A DNA stretch of 18,314 bases from Candidatus Eiseniibacteriota bacterium (GTDB taxonomy: Bacteria; Eisenbacteria; RBG-16-71-46; DASYSL01): contig JANPEF010000143.1 of the NCBI GenBank assembly GCA_031431875.1, positions 1 through 18,314 on the forward strand, read 5' to 3'. Both the position numbers and the translations under genes were made by a program. Position 1 is the stretch's first letter. Each line of letters starts with the position of its first letter. This document shows positions 1-9,269 of the stretch, piece by piece. Below the pieces are notes generated by a model. It saw nothing but the letters and a program-made list of their open reading frames with translations. It searched no databases and was not told where the DNA came from.

Positions 1-708
1 CATCCCCGTGTCGATGCCGGGGCGCGCCAGCGGCGGCATCGAGCCGTCGGCCTGCGCGTCGTACTGCGGGAAAACGAGGTTCCAGAACTCCATGTAGCGC
101 GGGCAATCGTCGCCGGCCTTGCACCCGCCGCCGCACGTGCACGCGGCGGGCCCCAGGTCGAAGTAGATCTCCGAGCACGGGCCGCACGCGCCGGTGCCGC
201 CGGCCGGGCCCCAGAAGTTGTCCTTCCGCCCCATCTCGACGATGTGGTCGGCGGGGAGGCCCTTCGCCATCCAGAGGCCACGGGCTTCCTCGTCGACGGG
301 CGCCACGCCGCCTTCACCGTTAAAAATCGAGATGAAGAGCCTGTCCGCGGGCAGCTCGAGCTCGCCGGTACAGAAGTCCCAGGCAAACTCGATCGCTTCT
401 TTCTTGAAGTAGTCTCCAAAACTGAAATTGCCGAGCATTTCGAAAAAAGTGTCATGCCGCGGAGTCTTGCCCACGTTCTCGAGATCCGTGAGCCGCACAC
501 ACTTCTGGATCGAGCAGGCACGCCGGTACGGCAGGCGGTCCGGATCAAGCCCGAAGTAGGGCTTGAACTGGACCATCCCGGCGGTGGTGAACAGAAGCGT
601 GGGGTCCCCCAGCGGCGCCAGCGGCGACGAGGAAACGACCGTGTGGCCGCGCGAGGCGAAGAAATCGCGGAAGCTCGCACGCAGTTCGGAGGCCGTCATC
701 TTCTTCAT
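1..708 (-). CDS. alaS: Alanine--tRNA ligase, N-terminal part (runs off window start)
   Basis: Not in the ORF track because it has no stop in the window. Manual translation from ATG 708: [52 protein letters not shown]...[15 protein letters not shown]...DNFWGPAG...GPCSEIY...EFWNLVF...IDTGM, all AlaRS signature motifs. Alternative ATG at 699. Confidence 0.97.
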   Translation of the reverse strand, partial: MKKMTASELRASFRDFFASRGHTVVSSSPLAPLGDPTLLFTTAGMVQFKPYFGLDPDRLPYRRACSIQKCVRLTDLENVGKTPRHDTFFEMLGNFSFGDYFKKEAIEFAWDFCTGELELPADRLFISIFNGEGGVAPVDEEARGLWMAKGLPADHIVEMGRKDNFWGPAGGTGACGPCSEIYFDLGPAACTCGGGCKAGDDCPRYMEFWNLVFPQYDAQADGSMPPLARPGIDTGM

Positions 709-795
709 GGAACGCAGATTACCCGAGATGGGGGGGGCGGCGGTACCCCTCTCCCGCGCCCCCTCGGCCGGCCGACGAGTCGAACCTGGAGCCCC

Positions 796-3249
796 CTACG
801 GGCCGACCAGCACGACGCGCCGGGTCACCGCGTGCGCCCCGGCCGTGAGGCGACAGAAGTAGACGCCGGGCGCGAACCGTCGCGCATCGAGAGTGGCCTC
901 GTGCCGGCCGGCCGGCAGGACGTCGCCGCGCAGGAGGACCGAGCGACGTCGGCCTGCGACATCGTAGAGCTCGAGCGTGGTCGCGCTCTCCTTCGGCAGG
1001 TCGAAGCGAAGGACCGAGCGGGCGCGCGCCGGATTCGGCACGCTCGGCAAGAGCGCGAGCGCGCGGGGTGCGTCGAACGCAGGCACGTCCACGAGCGTGG
1101 TCTTCCAGCGGGCGAGGTTGTTCGACACCTGGCCGCCGGCCTGGCTGAAGAATCCTCCGATATACAATCCACCCTCGCCGTCGAGGGCCAGGGCAAACGA
1201 CTGCCAGTCGAGACCCGACCCCAGCGGGGACCACGTCGTGCCGTCGAAGCGCGCGATGCGATTCGCCGGAGCGCCCCCTGCCTGAATGAAGTCTCCGCCG
1301 GCGTAGAGGAACTCGCCGTCGACCACGAGCGTTCGACACAGCGCATCGAGGCCGGCCCCGAGCGGCGACCATGCCGTCCCGTCCCAGCGCGCGATGCGGG
1401 TGGCGGGCACGCCTCCCGCGTTCATGAACGCTCCGCCGGCGATGACGCCGCCCTCGGTGTCGACGGCCAGAGCGAACACGGTCCCGTCCACGCCGGAGCC
1501 CAGCGGCGACCAGTTCGTCCCGTCCCACCGCGCAACGCGGTTCGCGCTGTCGCCACCCGCGGTGGTGAAGACTCCCCCGGCGATCAAGTCTCCATTCCCG
1601 GCGACGGCGAGGGCGAACGCCGTTCCGTTCAACCCCGAGCCGAGGGGCACCCACGCGGTTCCGTCCCAGCGCACCACGCCGCGGGCCGGACCGCCACCGG
1701 CGTCGAAGAAGGAGCCCCCCGCGTAGAGCGCTCCGCTGTCATCCGCAACCAGCGCGTACACGCGGCCGCTCATCCTCGATCCGACGTTGATCCAGCTCGT
1801 GCCGTTCCAGCGCCGCACTCCGCCGTAGTTGAAGCTGTCGGTCGAGCTGTCGCGCGCCGCGTACAGGGTCCCGTCGGGGCCCTCCGCCAGGGCGCGGACG
1901 CGACCGGTCATGCTCGAGCCAAGCGCCGACCACGCCGAGCCGTCGAAACGGGCGATGAAGTTCGCGGGAGTGACCCCGGCCAAGAAAAAGGCCCCTCCTG
2001 CCACGAGACCGCCCGCCTGATCGACCACGAGCGCCTCGATCTGCCGATCGAGGCCCGGGCCGGAACTGAGCGCCGACCAGCCGATCCCGTTCCACGCCGC
2101 GATGTGGCTCGCTCCGCCGCCTCCGGCACCCCTGAAGCTGCCCCCGGCGATGATCCGGCCGCCGAAGTCGCCGACCAGCGACCGGACGACGTCGTCCGTC
2201 CCCGCGCCGAGCGCGTACCAACTCGCGCCGTTCCAGCGCGCGATGTTCCTCGCGCTCACGCCGCCGGCGAGACCGAAGGACCCTCCGACGATCAGGTCGC
2301 CCGCAGTGTCCCAGGCGAGGGCGCTCGCCCACGTCACGCCCGAGCCGAGGGCGGACCATGTCACCCCATCCCAGCGGGCGACGCCCTTCGCCGCACCACC
2401 CCCCGCCGTCGTGAACTCGCCGCCTGCGTAGACGTCTCCGTTCGAGTCGGACAGGATCGAGGAGACGTTGCCGTTCAACCCCGTGCCCAGGGCCGACCAG
2501 GTCGAGCCGTCCCACCGGGCGATCCGGTTCGCGGCCACGCCTCCGGCGACCGTGAATTCGCCGCCGGCATGGAGCGTGCCGTCGGAACCGATCGCCAGGT
2601 CCCAGACTCGAGCGTCGAGCCCGCTGCCGAGCGGGGACCAGGTCGAGCCGTCCCAGCGCGCGACCCGGGCCGCGCTGTCGCCCCCGGCGGTCGTAAACTC
2701 CCCTGCCGCGTAGAGGACCCCCTCGTCGTCGATGGCCAGGGCGAAGACCGCGCCGTCCATGCCGGCGCCGAGCGGTGCCCACTCCGATCCATCCCAGCGT
2801 GCGATGTAGCTGGCGGGAACGCCGCCCGCGGTCGTGAAGTATCCCCCGGCATAGAGCATCCCGTTCGCGTCGAGCACGAGAGCGTTCACCGGGCCGGTCA
2901 TTCCCGAGCCCAGCGTGGACCAGGACGACCCATCCCAGTGCGCGATGCGATTCGCGAGGACCTCCCCCGCGCCGGTGAAGCGCCCGCCGACGAAGAGACC
3001 GCCGTTTCCTTCGTCGAGGATACTGGCGACATCCAGGTTCAGGCCGGGCAGTGGGAAGGGCCCGTCCCATGCGCCCTCATCTGCGGGAGTCGCCGGGGCG
3101 ATCGCGCGGTCGAGCGAAAAGCCTGGAGACCATGGCCCGGCGTCGGGAACAGGGCTCGGGGAGCGCCCGGCGTCGAGATCGCGGGCGAAAACCGGCGGGG
3201 CGAAGGCAAGGATCAGGACGACGATCGAGAACAGGCGGAAGCGGTCCAT
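796..3249 (-). CDS. Secreted repeat protein (14 x ~47-aa GGxFxxAGG...IARWDG..W repeats; probable tandem beta-propellers) with C-terminal FlgD-Ig/T9SS-sorting-like domain
   Basis: Signal-peptide-like MDRFRLFSIVVLILAFAPPVFA at ATG 3249 with GGAG upstream; 14 countable repeats; C-terminus PNPAR...LELYDVAGRR...GVYFCRL. The track's extension to 3399 is probably not real. Confidence 0.85.
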   Translation of the reverse strand: MDRFRLFSIVVLILAFAPPVFARDLDAGRSPSPVPDAGPWSPGFSLDRAIAPATPADEGAWDGPFPLPGLNLDVASILDEGNGGLFVGGRFTGAGEVLANRIAHWDGSSWSTLGSGMTGPVNALVLDANGMLYAGGYFTTAGGVPASYIARWDGSEWAPLGAGMDGAVFALAIDDEGVLYAAGEFTTAGGDSAARVARWDGSTWSPLGSGLDARVWDLAIGSDGTLHAGGEFTVAGGVAANRIARWDGSTWSALGTGLNGNVSSILSDSNGDVYAGGEFTTAGGGAAKGVARWDGVTWSALGSGVTWASALAWDTAGDLIVGGSFGLAGGVSARNIARWNGASWYALGAGTDDVVRSLVGDFGGRIIAGGSFRGAGGGGASHIAAWNGIGWSALSSGPGLDRQIEALVVDQAGGLVAGGAFFLAGVTPANFIARFDGSAWSALGSSMTGRVRALAEGPDGTLYAARDSSTDSFNYGGVRRWNGTSWINVGSRMSGRVYALVADDSGALYAGGSFFDAGGGPARGVVRWDGTAWVPLGSGLNGTAFALAVAGNGDLIAGGVFTTAGGDSANRVARWDGTNWSPLGSGVDGTVFALAVDTEGGVIAGGAFMNAGGVPATRIARWDGTAWSPLGAGLDALCRTLVVDGEFLYAGGDFIQAGGAPANRIARFDGTTWSPLGSGLDWQSFALALDGEGGLYIGGFFSQAGGQVSNNLARWKTTLVDVPAFDAPRALALLPSVPNPARARSVLRFDLPKESATTLELYDVAGRRRSVLLRGDVLPAGRHEATLDARRFAPGVYFCRLTAGAHAVTRRVVLVGP

Positions 3250-3420
3250 GCGAGACTCCGCTCTTGCGGCAGGAGCTCGAGATCGATCTCGAGTCCACCA
3301 GGGTCGGGCGCCCAAGCACGGGGGTAGCGTCGGGATCGCGAATGCAAAGATGATCTCTTCTCGCGGGCGCGGGGTCCAGCAGAATTGGCGCTCGGACACC
3401 CCGGGGCATCCCCGGCCGCG

Positions 3421-5331
3421 TCAGCGGGCCAGCAACACCCGCGCCGTCGCCGCGCCCTGCTCGGTGGTCAGGCGGGCGAAGTACAGGCCCCGCCGGGCCG
3501 GGCGGCCCTGCGTGTCGAGCCCGTCCCAACGCCACGTGCTCTCGCCGGCAGCGAGGTCGTCGTCGACCAGCGTGCGGACCAGGCGGCCCGTCACTTCATA
3601 GAGGCTGATGCGGGCGCGGCCGGCCATCGGCAGGTCGAGTCCGAGCTCCGCGGTCGGGCCCCCGACGGCGCTGTGGGAGAACAGCCGCGGATCGCGTGAT
3701 GGGGTGCTGCGCACGATGGGCAGATCCTCGGCCGGCAACTCGGCCTCGCCGGTTCCACCGCGGAGACTCACCGTCGCGGCCGGACGCATGGGCTGGTTCG
3801 CGATGGCGACGCGGATGTCGAGGGGCAGGCCCAGGCCGCCCTCGGCGATCGTCCACGGCACGACGGTCGTCGGATCGGCGAGCACAACCTCGGTCGGCAG
3901 CCCCACGGCGCCAGGATCGACCGTGACCACCCTCCCGTTCGCCTCCACAGTCACCGCAAGCACCACCCGCTCGCCGGTCCCGCCCTCGCTGTCGATCTCG
4001 AGCGTGAGCTCGTCGTCGAGTCGCGCCACCTCCGCCGACACACGCAGCGCCCGCGCCAGGTTGGGAGCGACGAGGTGGAACGACGAGCCGTCCTCTGCCC
4101 AGACGATGCGCCGGAACTCGATGACCGAGATGTCCTCGCCGATCGCCGGCGGCGCCGGGTTGTACTGCGGCGGCGCGTCGTAACTGTGCACCACGGCGAG
4201 GTAGTCGACGGGCCCGCTCGCCGAAGTCTCCGACCACTGCTCGCTGGCGAACCAAGCCTCGGGCTCGAGGTTGAACTGGTAGGGCAGGTCCGGCGTGTCC
4301 TTGAGGAACTCGTTGAGGCGCGGCCGCGTCGTCCACGGCCCCAACGGCGAGCCGTGTGAGGTATGCCAAGCGATGCCGGTCGAGCCGTCGTCCCCGGAGA
4401 AGAGCAAGTGCAGGTCCGTCCCGCGGCGGAAGACGTGCGGCGACTCGACCTTCGAGTTGATGGGCGGATAGTAGGTGTCCCACAGCGCGCCCAGGTCACT
4501 CCACGGTCCGGCCGGGCCTGGCCCGGAGGCGACGCCCGCGACATAGTTCGACGAATCCCAGCGCACGCGGGCCGTGTGGAAGAGCAACCACGGATCGCCG
4601 CTCCCCTCGACCGGTGCCAACACGTACGGATCGCGGAAGTCGGCCGACGGGGACCCCGCGTTCGGCGTGCACAGCGCCCAGCTCACACCGGGCAACTCGG
4701 CGGACGCGCAGGGCTGCCACACCGGGTCGAAGTAGCGCACCCATGTGCTCAGGAGCGGATCGGTCGAGTACGCCGCCGCGATCACCTGCCAGCGCGGAAT
4801 CCAGTCCGCCGGATTGGCCGACTCCTGACGATCCCGAACGGCGGTGTACAGCATCCACGTGACGCCGTCCTGCTCGACGATCGTCGGCGCCCAGACGTGG
4901 TGCTCGTCCCACGCGCCGGGCACGCGGCTGACCGTAAGGACGGTGTCGACCTCGAACCAGGTCTCGAGATCGGGCGACATCGCGTGGCCAAGCGACGTCT
5001 CATTGAGGATCGTCTGCGTGCCGTCGCTCCAGTGCGTCGGTGAGAAGCGCTGCACACGGGTATAGAAGAGGTGGTACCAGTCGCCCTGCTTGATGACCGA
5101 GAAGTCCTTGGCCCGGTACGACGCGGCCGGGTACGGGGCCAGCGGCGCGACGTAGTGCGCTCGCGGCAGGATGCTCGGGTCATAGGTGCGGGCAAGCGCC
5201 ACCGATCCCGCGCCGCAGGTCAGCAGGGCGAGCGCGGCGAGGACGGCGAGGACCGAGGGCACGGCGGATCCGTTCGGAAATGCGAACCCGGGTCCGCCGG
5301 CCCTGTTGCAAGGGCGAGGGCGGAACGGCAC
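3421..5331 (-). CDS. Secreted five-bladed beta-propeller glycoside hydrolase-like protein (GH32/43/68-type fold) with C-terminal FlgD-Ig domain
   Basis: Hydrophobic leader VLAVLAALALLTCGAGSVALA; motifs KDFS..WYHLFY, HVWAPTIV, FRDPYV, VESPHV; C-terminal LYEVTGRLVRTL..WRWDGLD..GLYFARL. Start uncertain (GTG 5331 or GTG 5262). Confidence 0.75.
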   Translation of the reverse strand: MPFRPRPCNRAGGPGFAFPNGSAVPSVLAVLAALALLTCGAGSVALARTYDPSILPRAHYVAPLAPYPAASYRAKDFSVIKQGDWYHLFYTRVQRFSPTHWSDGTQTILNETSLGHAMSPDLETWFEVDTVLTVSRVPGAWDEHHVWAPTIVEQDGVTWMLYTAVRDRQESANPADWIPRWQVIAAAYSTDPLLSTWVRYFDPVWQPCASAELPGVSWALCTPNAGSPSADFRDPYVLAPVEGSGDPWLLFHTARVRWDSSNYVAGVASGPGPAGPWSDLGALWDTYYPPINSKVESPHVFRRGTDLHLLFSGDDGSTGIAWHTSHGSPLGPWTTRPRLNEFLKDTPDLPYQFNLEPEAWFASEQWSETSASGPVDYLAVVHSYDAPPQYNPAPPAIGEDISVIEFRRIVWAEDGSSFHLVAPNLARALRVSAEVARLDDELTLEIDSEGGTGERVVLAVTVEANGRVVTVDPGAVGLPTEVVLADPTTVVPWTIAEGGLGLPLDIRVAIANQPMRPAATVSLRGGTGEAELPAEDLPIVRSTPSRDPRLFSHSAVGGPTAELGLDLPMAGRARISLYEVTGRLVRTLVDDDLAAGESTWRWDGLDTQGRPARRGLYFARLTTEQGAATARVLLAR

Positions 5332-5417
5332 GAGGATGTCGGAACCTGCAATGGGGCCGGACCGCCGAAAATACCGGGGAAAGATGCGCCTCGGCGGCTA
5401 CGCGCACCCTGCGCAGT

Positions 5418-6020
5418 CTAGCGAACTTTGGCGTCCTCGGGGGAGGTCCCTTCGAGGGTCCCTTCGAGGGTCCTTTCGAGGGTCCCATCGAGGGCGGCGA
5501 TGACCGCCTCGCGGACGGTTGCATAGTCGAACCCACGGCGGAGCAGCGCCGCCTGAGCCTTGCCCCGGGCCTCCCGCCGGTCCAACCCGCGGTAGCGCCG
5601 GAGGATGGGCGCGAGCGCCTGCTCAGCCCGGGCCCGCTCCCCTGCCCCGCCGGTTCGGCGCAGGGCGATCGCCGGATCGCCGGGCTCGCGCGCGGCCTCG
5701 GCATCGAGCGAGGCCAGCGCCGCCGCCCGATCCGCCGCCGAAATGCCGCGGGCCGCAAGCTGGCCCTCGACCACGCGCAGGGCGACCGCCCGACGCGCGA
5801 GTTTCGCCCGCACGAACGCGCGCGCGTACTCGACGTCGTCGACCAGGCCCACGCGCTGCAGACGATCCAGCGCGGCGGCCACCGTGGGGGCGTCGAACCC
5901 CTTGGTGGCCAGCCGGCGCTCCAGTTCCCGTCGCGTCTTGCGCGAGCGATCGAGGCTGCGCAACGCAGCCTCGCGCGCGCGCTCGACCGCGGCGGTGTCG
6001 ATGTTCTCGTGGTCGGTCAC
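5418..6020 (-). CDS. recX: Regulatory protein RecX
   Basis: ALRSLDRSRKTRRELERRLATKGF, LQRVGLVDDVEYARAFV, LAARGI, ALLRRGFDY; directly downstream of recA; likely start GTG 6020, with 13 nt between it and the recA stop. Confidence 0.92.
   Translation of the reverse strand: MTDHENIDTAAVERAREAALRSLDRSRKTRRELERRLATKGFDAPTVAAALDRLQRVGLVDDVEYARAFVRAKLARRAVALRVVEGQLAARGISAADRAAALASLDAEAAREPGDPAIALRRTGGAGERARAEQALAPILRRYRGLDRREARGKAQAALLRRGFDYATVREAVIAALDGTLERTLEGTLEGTSPEDAKVR
5445..5492. repeat. 12-bp tandem repeat x4 (GGTCCCTTCGAG consensus) in the recX 3' end
   Basis: Units ggtcccttcgag, ggtcccttcgag, ggtcctttcgag, ggtcccatcgag; encodes LDGT-LERT-LEGT-LEGT. Confidence 0.95.
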
Positions 6021-6033
6021 GGCGGCAGGCCGC

Positions 6034-7242
<1,209 letters not shown>

Positions 7243-7358
7243 GGGGAACGATCTCCTTCCGGGAGCTGCGTTGGACTGCCGGGGACCCTGGGTGACCCGA
7301 CCCCGAATCCTTCCGGGCAGGGCCACGAAACCCGCTCCCACAGCGGCTTGCGAGGGTT

Positions 7359-7386
7359 ATTGTATACATTTGTGCAGGTCGCGCAA
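7359..7386 (-). promoter_or_regulatory. Putative sigma70-type recA promoter with overlapping candidate LexA (SOS) box
   Basis: Minus strand TTGCGC-N16-TACAAT in an AT-rich patch; imperfect palindrome TGCAC-aaat-GTATA (7363-7376) fills the spacer and overlaps the -10. Confidence 0.6.
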
Positions 7387-7504
7387 GTCGATTCTTTTGC
7401 GCCCCGGCGCCAGCCGCGGTGGACCCCTCTTTGCCGGGGTGCCCGGGTCGACCCGGGCTCGGCTGCTCGAACCGAGTTGTAGCGCGGGGGTGGGACAGAA
7501 CGAT

Positions 7505-8599
7505 TTAGCACGGCCCCACCGGCTCCGATCGTCGGCGGCGACCGGCCTCTTCGCGTTTCCGCCGCATGAATGCTGTTCCGAATGCGCGCTCGGCCTCGAG
7601 CTGATTGTGCGCGCGACAGCGCAGCCGGAGGCCGGCGAGCGTGGCCTCGCCCCCGCGTGCGAACGGGACGACGTGATCGAACTCGAGGCCGCGCCTGGAT
7701 TCGCAGCGGCGGCCGGCCTCGCTGGTGAACGTGCAGCGGCCCCGATCGCGGTTCCAGACGGCGCGACGGACAGCGGCCGGAATGGTGCGACCACGGGAAG
7801 CCAGCGCGCGCTTCGACGCCGTGGGCCGGTCGGTCTTTGCGGCCTTGCGCTTCTCGAGCGTCGTGATCAGCGCGTCGAGGGCGCGGTCGAGGAGCTCGGC
7901 GAGATCGCCCGACGGGACGCTGTGCACGAGGAGACCCTGCGCGCGGCGGAGCTTGGCGTGGGTCGACTCGCTGATCGGGACGCGGACGATGAAACGGGCA
8001 GGTTCGGGCGAAGGCACATTGACTGGCCCCGGAGCCGGGCCATCGACCAGGACCGGCATGTACGGATCAACTGGCCCCGGTGCCAGTTGATCGAGCAGAC
8101 ACGGAATCGGCATGTCGACTTGTGCCTGCGCAGGTTCCGCTGTCAGGCGTGGCATTCGTACGCCGGTCACGCTCGCCTTCAGGGTCGGGGCCGCCGGCGC
8201 AAACCGGTCCACGAGCCAGGACTCGATCTCGGCCTTCGATCGATGAGCCGCGGCCGCGACGAGTTCATCGAAGTCCTCCGTGGTCAAGTACGGCGTGAGC
8301 AGTACGACTGCCGCGAGGTGCAGCCGACCGGCCGCAATCTCATCGAACACTCGCGGATGAAGCCGCGCCGTCCGCGCGGCTCGGATTCTCTTGTAGGCGG
8401 TGTCCTCGGAGAGATGCAACTCCCCGACGCAATACGCAAACATCGAGGAATACGCGGCCGGCAGGTACAGCTTGCGGGCGTCAACCTCGGCGATGTGGGC
8501 GAGCAGCGCGGCGGTGGTGGCGCGATCCCGGACGGCGAGGTCATGGAGGTCGCGCAGAAGGGTCGCATCGTCGAGGTGCGTGAGTCGATAGGTGGACAC
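7505..8599 (-). CDS. HNH endonuclease with N-terminal helical (DUF222-like) region
   Basis: C-terminal RAVWNRDRGRC..C..LEFDHVVPFARGG..LRLRCRAHN; N-terminal LLAHIAEVDARKLYLPAAYSSMFAYC typical of this HNH family; GTG start. Confidence 0.88.
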   Translation of the reverse strand: MSTYRLTHLDDATLLRDLHDLAVRDRATTAALLAHIAEVDARKLYLPAAYSSMFAYCVGELHLSEDTAYKRIRAARTARLHPRVFDEIAAGRLHLAAVVLLTPYLTTEDFDELVAAAAHRSKAEIESWLVDRFAPAAPTLKASVTGVRMPRLTAEPAQAQVDMPIPCLLDQLAPGPVDPYMPVLVDGPAPGPVNVPSPEPARFIVRVPISESTHAKLRRAQGLLVHSVPSGDLAELLDRALDALITTLEKRKAAKTDRPTASKRALASRGRTIPAAVRRAVWNRDRGRCTFTSEAGRRCESRRGLEFDHVVPFARGGEATLAGLRLRCRAHNQLEAERAFGTAFMRRKREEAGRRRRSEPVGPC

Positions 8600-8693
8600 G
8601 GTCGGTCTCGCTTCGGGGGCGAGGTTCGTGCGTTCAACTCATGCAGAGCATAGCGCAGGTGCGGGACGAAAGACCCAGCACGAAATACTCAGT

Positions 8694-9269
8694 TCATCCG
8701 AGCTTCGCCTCGAGCAGCGGCGAGTACCTCGCGCCGCCTGGCCCGAGCTGGCTCGCCACGAGAGTGATCGCACCGACCTCGAAGCTCAGCGACGGCAGCG
8801 ACAGCCCGAGGAACCGCGCCGCGGCCAGTGCCGGTGGCGCGTCGGCGCGCACGCGCCCCATCGTCAGGTGCGGCGTGAACGGCTTCTCGGCCAGCGCGAA
8901 GCGCTCGCGCACGAGCGCCTTCTCGACGCGGGCCGCCAGCGCGACGAGCTCGGGCGCCCCTGAGCGCGCGCCGATCCACAGCACGCGGGGCCGCGCCGGC
9001 CCCGGGAACGCGCCCGGCGCGCCGGTCGTGACCGCGAAGGGCGCCACGCCCGCGCCCGAAGCCGCGGCGAGAACGGCCTGCCGCGCCGCCTCCAGTTCCG
9101 GCGCCGACAGGTCACCTAGAAATCGAAGGGTCATGTGCAGGTTCGCGGCGGCGACCCACTGCACTCCGTCGCGCACGCCGCGCACCGGTGCGACCGCGGC
9201 GTCGAGCGCGTCGACGACCTCGCGCGGCGGAAATACCCCGACAAACGTGCGCGTGGTTTCCGCGCTCAC
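8694..9269 (-). CDS. thpR: RNA 2',3'-cyclic phosphodiesterase (2'-5' RNA ligase family)
   Basis: RTFVGV, two HxT motifs (LHMTLRFLG, PHLTMGR), GAFPG..RPRVLW; GTG 9269 with GAGG RBS; cinA-thpR-recA context. Confidence 0.93.
   Translation of the reverse strand: MSAETTRTFVGVFPPREVVDALDAAVAPVRGVRDGVQWVAAANLHMTLRFLGDLSAPELEAARQAVLAAASGAGVAPFAVTTGAPGAFPGPARPRVLWIGARSGAPELVALAARVEKALVRERFALAEKPFTPHLTMGRVRADAPPALAAARFLGLSLPSLSFEVGAITLVASQLGPGGARYSPLLEAKLG

Noticed and set aside
796..3100. ~141-bp periodic repeats as CRISPR array or DGR repeats
   Set aside because: In-frame, degenerate protein repeats; no identical repeat-spacer pattern, cas gene or reverse transcriptase in the window.
244..3327. 1027-aa plus-strand ORF
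   Set aside because: Antisense shadow of alaS and the repeat protein; Arg/Pro-rich with no motifs, and its periodicity simply mirrors the real gene.
3401..3415. CCGGGG-CAT-CCCCGG hairpin as intrinsic terminator
   Set aside because: Short stem, 3-nt loop and no U-tract; not supportable.
7254..7317. SRP RNA (CCGGAAGG tetraloop motif)
   Set aside because: The flanking CAGG...AGCAG internal-loop motif is absent, and one copy is the recA RBS.
7414..7487. tRNA gene (cloverleaf containing GGTTCGA on the minus strand)
   Set aside because: The T-loop-like motif is in the wrong arm, and there is no 7-bp acceptor stem or 7-nt anticodon loop.
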